Assembly: GCA_964423425.1 (NCBI GenBank)
Contig: CAYRES010000002.1
Span: 76,095 to 140,094 of the forward strand
Length of the DNA: 64,000 nt
Reading direction: 5' to 3'
Source of the DNA: an uncultured Gaiellales bacterium
GTDB taxonomy: Bacteria > Actinomycetota > Thermoleophilia > RBG-16-64-13
The translations under genes were made by a program, and so were the position numbers. The notes beneath the pieces are model-generated. The model did not search any database. It saw only the letters and a program-made list of their open reading frames with translations, and was not told where the DNA came from. Positions 58,977 through 64,000 of the stretch are shown here, piece after piece (the first letter of the stretch is position 1; each line of letters begins with the position of its first letter).

Positions 58977-60593
58977 GTGGAGCGGGTGACTGAGAGTGAA
59001 GGCCGCGTGAGGGCGGCGCAGGTGGAGTACGATCCGGCACGGTGCACGCTCACGGTGCCGAACGATCTAGCCTTTCTGCCCATGGTCCAGGCTTTCGTTC
59101 GCAATTATGTCTCCTGGCTGGGTTTTCCTCCCGAGGAGCAGGCCCGTTTCGACCTGCTCGTCGAAGAGGAGGTGACCAACGTCATCGAGGGGGCGTTCGC
59201 TCCCGGTGAACGAGCCGAGTTTGCCGTGTCCTGTGAGCGGGTGGCCGGCGGAGTGCGTCTCACGGTTCACGACGAGGGGATGCCGCACGATCCCTCCCTG
59301 GTTGCCGACTACGATCCTTCGGCTGACCTTGACAGCCGGAGCGAGACCGGACTCGGCAGTTTCCTCCTGCGAAGCTTCGCCGACGAGGTGGAGTTCCACA
59401 ACCTGGGCAGCAAGGGCAAGCAGACCGTCATCGTGAAGTACCTGGCGGGGGAGTCCGTGGCCGACGGATCTGTGTGGGGTCCGCCGGTGTCTCTGGGACC
59501 GCCGAAGACCGTTCCGGTGGAGGGACGCGCCGGGATAGAGATCGTGCCGATGAAGCCCGAGCAGGCCGTGGAAGTGGCTCGTTGCATCTACGACTCCTAC
59601 CGGTACACGTATGTCAACGAGCAGATGTACTACCCAGATCGTATCGCGGCGTTGAACGTCTCCGGCGACATCTACTCCGCGGTGGCAGTGGCTCTGGACG
59701 GTGAGGTGGCGGGTCACGCGGCTTTGGTCTTCTCTCCTGAGGATCCGGGGGTGGCCGACCTGGCTCTCGCCGCCACGAAGGCCAAGTTCCGTGGCCAGTC
59801 GATCGCGAGCCGGTTGGGCAAGTTCCTCGACGGGGAGGCGCTCGCCCGGGGCCTCGCAGGCCTCTTCATCGAGGAAGTCACGGTCCACACCTTCACCCAG
59901 AGGTTCTGCCACAAGATAGGCTTCATCGATTGCGGCTTTCTCCTCGCGTATTCTCCGGTGACGACGTTCAGGGGCATAGACGAGGACAGACGTGCGCGCG
60001 GATCGGTCATCATCGGTTTCAAGTATCTCTCGCCGCCGGTCCCACTCAGACTCTATGCGCCCGCCCGTCAGCGCGAGGTGATCTCGCAACTCTATGCGGA
60101 TATGGGGGTCAGCGTTGAGATGGTGCCGTCCCCCGCCGAGGGCATCAGCCAAGAAGAGCCGGGCCGGGGTGAGCCGCTGGGCCGCGGTGAGTCACCACGC
60201 CGGCGTGAGCCGCTGGGCCGCGGTGAGCCCGTGCTCATGACCACGGTCAACCTCAGGCGGGCGGTTGCCACCATTCGCATCCCCGCGTACGGCGAAGGCT
60301 TGAAGGCAAAGCTCCGCCGCGAACTTCACCGGGTACTGCGCGAGGAGGTCCGGGTGGTGGTGGTATTCCTCGATCTCCTCCGGCCGGGAACCCCCTGGGT
60401 GGCGGACATGCTCGAGAACATGGGGTTCCTCTTCACGGGCATACGGCCGGGGGGTGGCGTCTCGGAGTGGGCGGTGTACGAGTTCTTCCACGGAGTCATC
60501 ATCGACTACGACGGTATCCAGGTGGAGTTGGAGTCGACCCGTCGCCTCCTCGACTACATAAGGCGGCACGACCCGCACGCGGCGGACGTGTAG
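58977..60593 (+). CDS. RsbW-like anti-sigma-factor/serine kinase ATPase domain fused to tandem GNAT-like domains
   Basis: The N-terminal 150 aa form a HATPase_c_2 domain (GLGSFLLRSFADEVEF...QTVIVKYL). Then a GNAT with motif A (FRGQSIASRLGKFL) and a second degenerate GNAT-like domain. Start approximate. Confidence 0.55.
   Translation: MERVTESEGRVRAAQVEYDPARCTLTVPNDLAFLPMVQAFVRNYVSWLGFPPEEQARFDLLVEEEVTNVIEGAFAPGERAEFAVSCERVAGGVRLTVHDEGMPHDPSLVADYDPSADLDSRSETGLGSFLLRSFADEVEFHNLGSKGKQTVIVKYLAGESVADGSVWGPPVSLGPPKTVPVEGRAGIEIVPMKPEQAVEVARCIYDSYRYTYVNEQMYYPDRIAALNVSGDIYSAVAVALDGEVAGHAALVFSPEDPGVADLALAATKAKFRGQSIASRLGKFLDGEALARGLAGLFIEEVTVHTFTQRFCHKIGFIDCGFLLAYSPVTTFRGIDEDRRARGSVIIGFKYLSPPVPLRLYAPARQREVISQLYADMGVSVEMVPSPAEGISQEEPGRGEPLGRGESPRRREPLGRGEPVLMTTVNLRRAVATIRIPAYGEGLKAKLRRELHRVLREEVRVVVVFLDLLRPGTPWVADMLENMGFLFTGIRPGGGVSEWAVYEFFHGVIIDYDGIQVELESTRRLLDYIRRHDPHAADV
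60169..60227 (+). repeat. in-frame direct repeat (23-nt unit GTGAGCCGCTGGGCCGCGGTGAG twice, 36 nt apart) encoding GEPLGRGE-x4-REPLGRGE
   Basis: Exact duplicated 23-mer inside the inter-domain linker of the RsbW-GNAT gene. Confidence 0.6.
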
Positions 60594-60636
60594 GCGGGAG
60601 CGGCGTGTGTCCGGCACTCGGTGCTCACGACTCGTG

Positions 60637-61330
60637 CTAGAACTCCGAGTAGTGCTCTTTCATGCATGTGGGGCAGATGGAGTGGGTGAAGTCGGCGTGA
60701 GGATGGTCAACCAAGTACTCCTCGATGGGGTGCCACGCGCCTCCTTCATCCCGGAGGCTCTTGCAGTGTGAGCAGATGGCCACCAAGCCGCGCAAAGCCT
60801 GTAGTTCGCCCAGGTAGTCAGACAGGCGCCGGTGTTCATCACCGAGGATCTGGTTCACGTGGACCATCTCGAGTTCGGACTCGATGAGATCGCGCATCTT
60901 GGCAAGGAGGGCTTCGTACCGTGCCGAGTATCCGTTCGGCCTGTTGTCGAGCACGCAGATGGTGCCGAAGGGCTCACCGTCGGGGAGCATGATGGGCAGG
61001 CCGAGGTACGAGATCATACCCAGCTCGATGTCCGGATTGTGATCCCACCCGGGGTCTAAGCGTGCGTCCGGCAGGAGCAGCTTCTCTTTGGTCTTGAGCA
61101 CCGTCTCGCAGTACAGACCCGATCCCCACACGTGCTCGGAGTCTCCCGCCACGTAGGGGTTGCTCTCGTTCCTGCTGGCCACGAACACCTCGATGTCAGG
61201 GTCGTGTACGTGCATGATGAGTGCGGCGGGCACATCGATGAGGTCGACCAGCAGGTCGACGATATCCTGCCAGCTGTCGAGTATATGGGAGGGAATGGTG
61301 AGGCCATGAGGCCCGCCGTCGTGGCGCACG
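60637..61330 (-). CDS. GAF-domain protein with C-terminal Cys2-His-Cys2 zinc-ribbon-like tail
   Basis: GAF core of about 145 aa. The tail is CSHC...HSICPTC (C-x2-C ... H-x2-C-x2-C). N-terminal limit uncertain. Confidence 0.5.
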
Positions 61331-61460
61331 CCGTCTTCCCCTTCACCCGTGAATAGCCCTCTCGCTTCCACACTAGCACAACCTGTGGCGCAAGCCTCAG
61401 CTGGTGGCGACCACGGTGGGCTACGCGAGCACGCGTATACTGCCCGCAATGGACTCCGGG

Positions 61461-62270
61461 ATGGTGCGCATCGCTCTGGTACAGGTGGGCCTCGATGACG
61501 GCGAGGCGGCGGCCGCTCGCCGTGAACGGGTATGGACGTGGGTGGCGCACTCGTGTGAGGGGGCCGATATGGTCGTGCTCCCCGAGCTCTGGGTGACGGG
61601 GTTCTTCCACTTCGACCGCTACCCTGAGGAGGCGGAGCCCCTGCACGGGCCGTTTGTGGAGCAGGCGGGTACGGTGGCGCGGAAGCTCGGCTGTGCGCTT
61701 CACGCCGGAAGCTTCGTGGAGCGACGCCCCGACGGATCCCTCGCCAACACCAGTGTGCTGCTTCAGCCCGATGGGTCAGTGGCAGCCGTCTATCGCAAGA
61801 TACACCTCTTCGGCTTCGACTCCGAGGAGAAACGCCTGCTACGGCCGGGCAGGGAGCGGGTGTGTGCCGGCGCTCCCCCGGGTACGCGCGCCCGCGGGCT
61901 GGGCCGGCTGGGCATGGCCACCTGCTACGACGTGCGTTTTCCAGAACAGTTCCGGGAGCTCCTCGATGCGGGTGTGGAGACGTACGTGGTGCCCGCCGCC
62001 TGGCCTGCCGCGCGCATCGAGCATTGGCGGCTCCTGACCCAGGCCCGCGCGCTCGAGAACCAGGCTGTGTTTCTCGGATGTAACGCGAGCGGTGTGTGTG
62101 CGGGCAACCGGGTGGGGGGCAGGAGCCTGGTCTGCGACCCCTGGGGTGTGGTGCGGGCTCTGGCGGGGGAGGGGGAGCAGCTCCTGTGGGCCGAGGTGCC
62201 GATGTCGGCAGCCGCTGCGGCGCGCGGCCTGTTTCCGGCGGTGAGTGACCGAGGCGCAGCCGATTCCTAG
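61461..62270 (+). CDS. carbon-nitrogen hydrolase (nitrilase superfamily)
   Basis: E-K-C catalytic triad context: VLPELW, YRKIHLF, MATCYDVRFPE. Confidence 0.75.
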   Translation: MVRIALVQVGLDDGEAAAARRERVWTWVAHSCEGADMVVLPELWVTGFFHFDRYPEEAEPLHGPFVEQAGTVARKLGCALHAGSFVERRPDGSLANTSVLLQPDGSVAAVYRKIHLFGFDSEEKRLLRPGRERVCAGAPPGTRARGLGRLGMATCYDVRFPEQFRELLDAGVETYVVPAAWPAARIEHWRLLTQARALENQAVFLGCNASGVCAGNRVGGRSLVCDPWGVVRALAGEGEQLLWAEVPMSAAAAARGLFPAVSDRGAADS

Positions 62271-62339
62271 CCGGAACGGCCGGTTCCCCCGAGGCGCAGT
62301 AGGGCCTCCCCGGCTCGTTGCCCGCCTGCGCGGTAGTCC

Positions 62340-64000
62340 TCAGTCTTCGTCATGTGGCTTGCCCGGGGTCCCGGTCCATCCCGCGGCCCCGGCCGACGGC
62401 CGCTCCGACCCGAGCATGGTGAGCACGACGCCCACGAGGAGGCAGAGGGCAAGCCCGACGGCAAAGGCACTGCGGGCGGCGCCGGCGCTGAGTTCGTGGA
62501 GTGCCGGCGCATCCCCGGAGCCGAGGGCTTCAGAGGAAGCGGTGAGTCGCGCCGCTGTCTCGAAAGCCGCCACGCCGAGTGCGAGACCCAACAGAGACGA
62601 GGTGTGGACCAGCCGCTCTCGAGTTGTGGGCGCGAGGGAGGTGGAGCCGGGAAACCGAAGGAAGCGCACCGCGGGAGCGAAGAGGCCTCCGGCCACGCCG
62701 ACCAGGACCATCGCCGCGAGAGTCAGAGCCAGGGCGGCTGCGAAGGGTTCGGGTAGAGGAGTGAGGAATACCGCTGCCACGATGAAGCCCCCCGCAGCGA
62801 GGAAGGCGGCGAGGAGGCACAGGCGCCGGACGGCGCCTGTGCCTCCCGCTTCACGCGAGCGGCCGGCTCGTAGCCGTGCGAATCGTTCGGCCGGTGCCTG
62901 CGAGGCGGCGTGGACTGCAACGACGAGGCCCGACAGCCAGGCCGCGGCGCCCAGCGTGTGCTCGACGAAGAAGGGCAAGATGAACAGCACGCCGCCGAGA
63001 GCCGCGCAGAAGAGGAGGCAGGCGGCCAGCGTGTCGGCCGGCCCGCGGCCTCGGAGCGCTTTCAGGTCGAAGAGCGGCTCGGGGTGCCGGCGCTCCCGGC
63101 GCACGAAGGCGAAGGCGAAGAGGGGTATGGCACCCACGCCGATGAGCACGGCGGCTGAGGTCCAACCCATTGATTGGCCTTGCTGAATGACGAAAACGAG
63201 TGCTATGCAGAGTGCGAAGAGGTGGAAGGCTCCCCACCCATCGTATGACTGTCCCGTCCAGCTCTGGATGGGAGGGGTGAGCTCAGGAGCAGCGAGCCCG
63301 GGGTCTGCAGCCTCCCGTTTCGAGGCACCTTCACCAGGCGGGGAATCGTGCGCCTGCGGAGGTGCAGGTTCCCCGGAAGCCGATCCCGGCTCCTGCCCGC
63401 GGCGGGGAAGCGCCTGAAAACCCAAGACGACTGCGGCAAGCGCGATCGGCACACCGGCGAGAAACACATATCTCCAGCCGCCGAAGGCGGCGATGACCCC
63501 CCCGAGAGCCGCACCCAAGGCGAGTCCGGCGATTGTCGCCCTGCCTTCTGTGCCGACCACGGCCAACCCGCCCGCCGTGCCGGCCACCACCGACCCATCC
63601 TCTGTGCCAATCATGGATGGGCCCGGCCGCAGCGAGGCGGGGCGAGGAGCCGGGCGCAAGGCCGGAGCGAGCACCGCCGACAGAAGCATGGCCGTGCCTG
63701 TGCCCTGCACGACCCGTCCTACGACCAGGTCGGTGAGCCGGGGGGCGAAGAACGCGAGCCCGGCTCCCGCGATGAACACGACAAGCCCCGCCACGTATGT
63801 CTTCTTCACTCCTTGGCGCTCGGCCAGGCGTATGAAGAAGGGCAGGAAGCTCCCCTGCAGAAGCAGGCCCATGACGACGACCCACGATACTCCGTCGCTG
63901 CCGGCGGTGAAGTGCCGGGCGATGGACGGAAGCGCTACCGCCGCGAGGCCGAGGTCGAAAGATGGAAGCAGCGCACCGAGGGCGAGGGTCGCACGCAGCC
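62340..64000 (-). CDS. MFS transporter (DHA2/EmrB-like), 5' end beyond the window
   Basis: Many TM helices. The reading frame continues past 63872 to the window edge (..LPSIARHFTAGSDGVSWVVVMGLLLQ..). The cytoplasmic loop is G/P/A-rich. Confidence 0.7.
   Translation of the reverse strand, partial: LRATLALGALLPSFDLGLAAVALPSIARHFTAGSDGVSWVVVMGLLLQGSFLPFFIRLAERQGVKKTYVAGLVVFIAGAGLAFFAPRLTDLVVGRVVQGTGTAMLLSAVLAPALRPAPRPASLRPGPSMIGTEDGSVVAGTAGGLAVVGTEGRATIAGLALGAALGGVIAAFGGWRYVFLAGVPIALAAVVLGFQALPRRGQEPGSASGEPAPPQAHDSPPGEGASKREAADPGLAAPELTPPIQSWTGQSYDGWGAFHLFALCIALVFVIQQGQSMGWTSAAVLIGVGAIPLFAFAFVRRERRHPEPLFDLKALRGRGPADTLAACLLFCAALGGVLFILPFFVEHTLGAAAWLSGLVVAVHAASQAPAERFARLRAGRSREAGGTGAVRRLCLLAAFLAAGGFIVAAVFLTPLPEPFAAALALTLAAMVLVGVAGGLFAPAVRFLRFPGSTSLAPTTRERLVHTSSLLGLALGVAAFETAARLTASSEALGSGDAPALHELSAGAARSAFAVGLALCLLVGVVLTMLGSERPSAGAAGWTGTPGKPHDED

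Noticed and set aside
59067-60152. 361-aa minus-strand ORF
   Set aside because: Antisense to the RsbW-GNAT gene. No recognisable domain.
62245-63186. 313-aa + strand ORF (A/R/P-rich)
   Set aside because: Antisense to the MFS transporter gene. Extreme low complexity.
1-64000. CRISPR arrays, rRNA, tRNA
   Set aside because: No regularly spaced direct repeats, no rRNA-like conserved stretches and no cloverleaf-compatible tRNA sequences were recognised by eye. A dedicated scan (tRNAscan-SE, Infernal) would be needed to exclude small ncRNAs.

Overview
This window is high-GC (about 65%) bacterial DNA. Most of it is one large surface-glycan / exopolysaccharide supercluster on the + strand. Many adjacent genes overlap by 4 nt (GTGA/TTGA/ATGA), which implies non-ATG start codons. 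The cluster has four modules.

(1) 454-13503: a GDP-route legionaminic-acid-like nonulosonic acid module. It holds a fused CMP-sugar synthetase/NeuB-like synthase, a NeuC-like hydrolysing 2-epimerase, a GNAT, a second DegT-like aminotransferase, a FemAB-like gene, a CBS-nucleotidyltransferase (PtmE-like), a 4,6-dehydratase and a LegC-like aminotransferase. These are followed by a low-GC GT52-like sialyltransferase candidate, Wzx and Wzy.

(2) 13500-31149: EPS-modification genes. They include AsnB-like amidotransferases, ATP-grasp enzymes, GT4 transferases, FemAB-like proteins, polysaccharide deacetylases and a priming sugar transferase. The set resembles exosortase-associated cassettes but no exosortase is present. 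An IS3 OrfA remnant interrupts it.

(3) 31146-33016: PglD/PglE-like genes.

(4) A WbpA/B/E/D-like set for UDP-2,3-diacetamido-uronic acid is scattered over 33824-48823. Three type II toxin-antitoxin pairs are interleaved with it: DUF4258/YgiT, DUF1778/GNAT and AbrB/Doc.

The rest of the window encodes a CDF transporter, two MFS transporters, an M24 peptidase, a chagasin-like lipoprotein, two hybrid PAS histidine kinases, a secreted M6 (InhA-like) metalloprotease, a frameshifted HAD-IIA hydrolase, a flavodoxin, an RsbW-like ATPase fused to GNAT domains, a GAF/zinc-ribbon protein and a nitrilase-family hydrolase. No rRNA, tRNA or CRISPR array was seen. Coordinates of starts and of small motifs may be off by 1-3 nt because they were worked out by hand.
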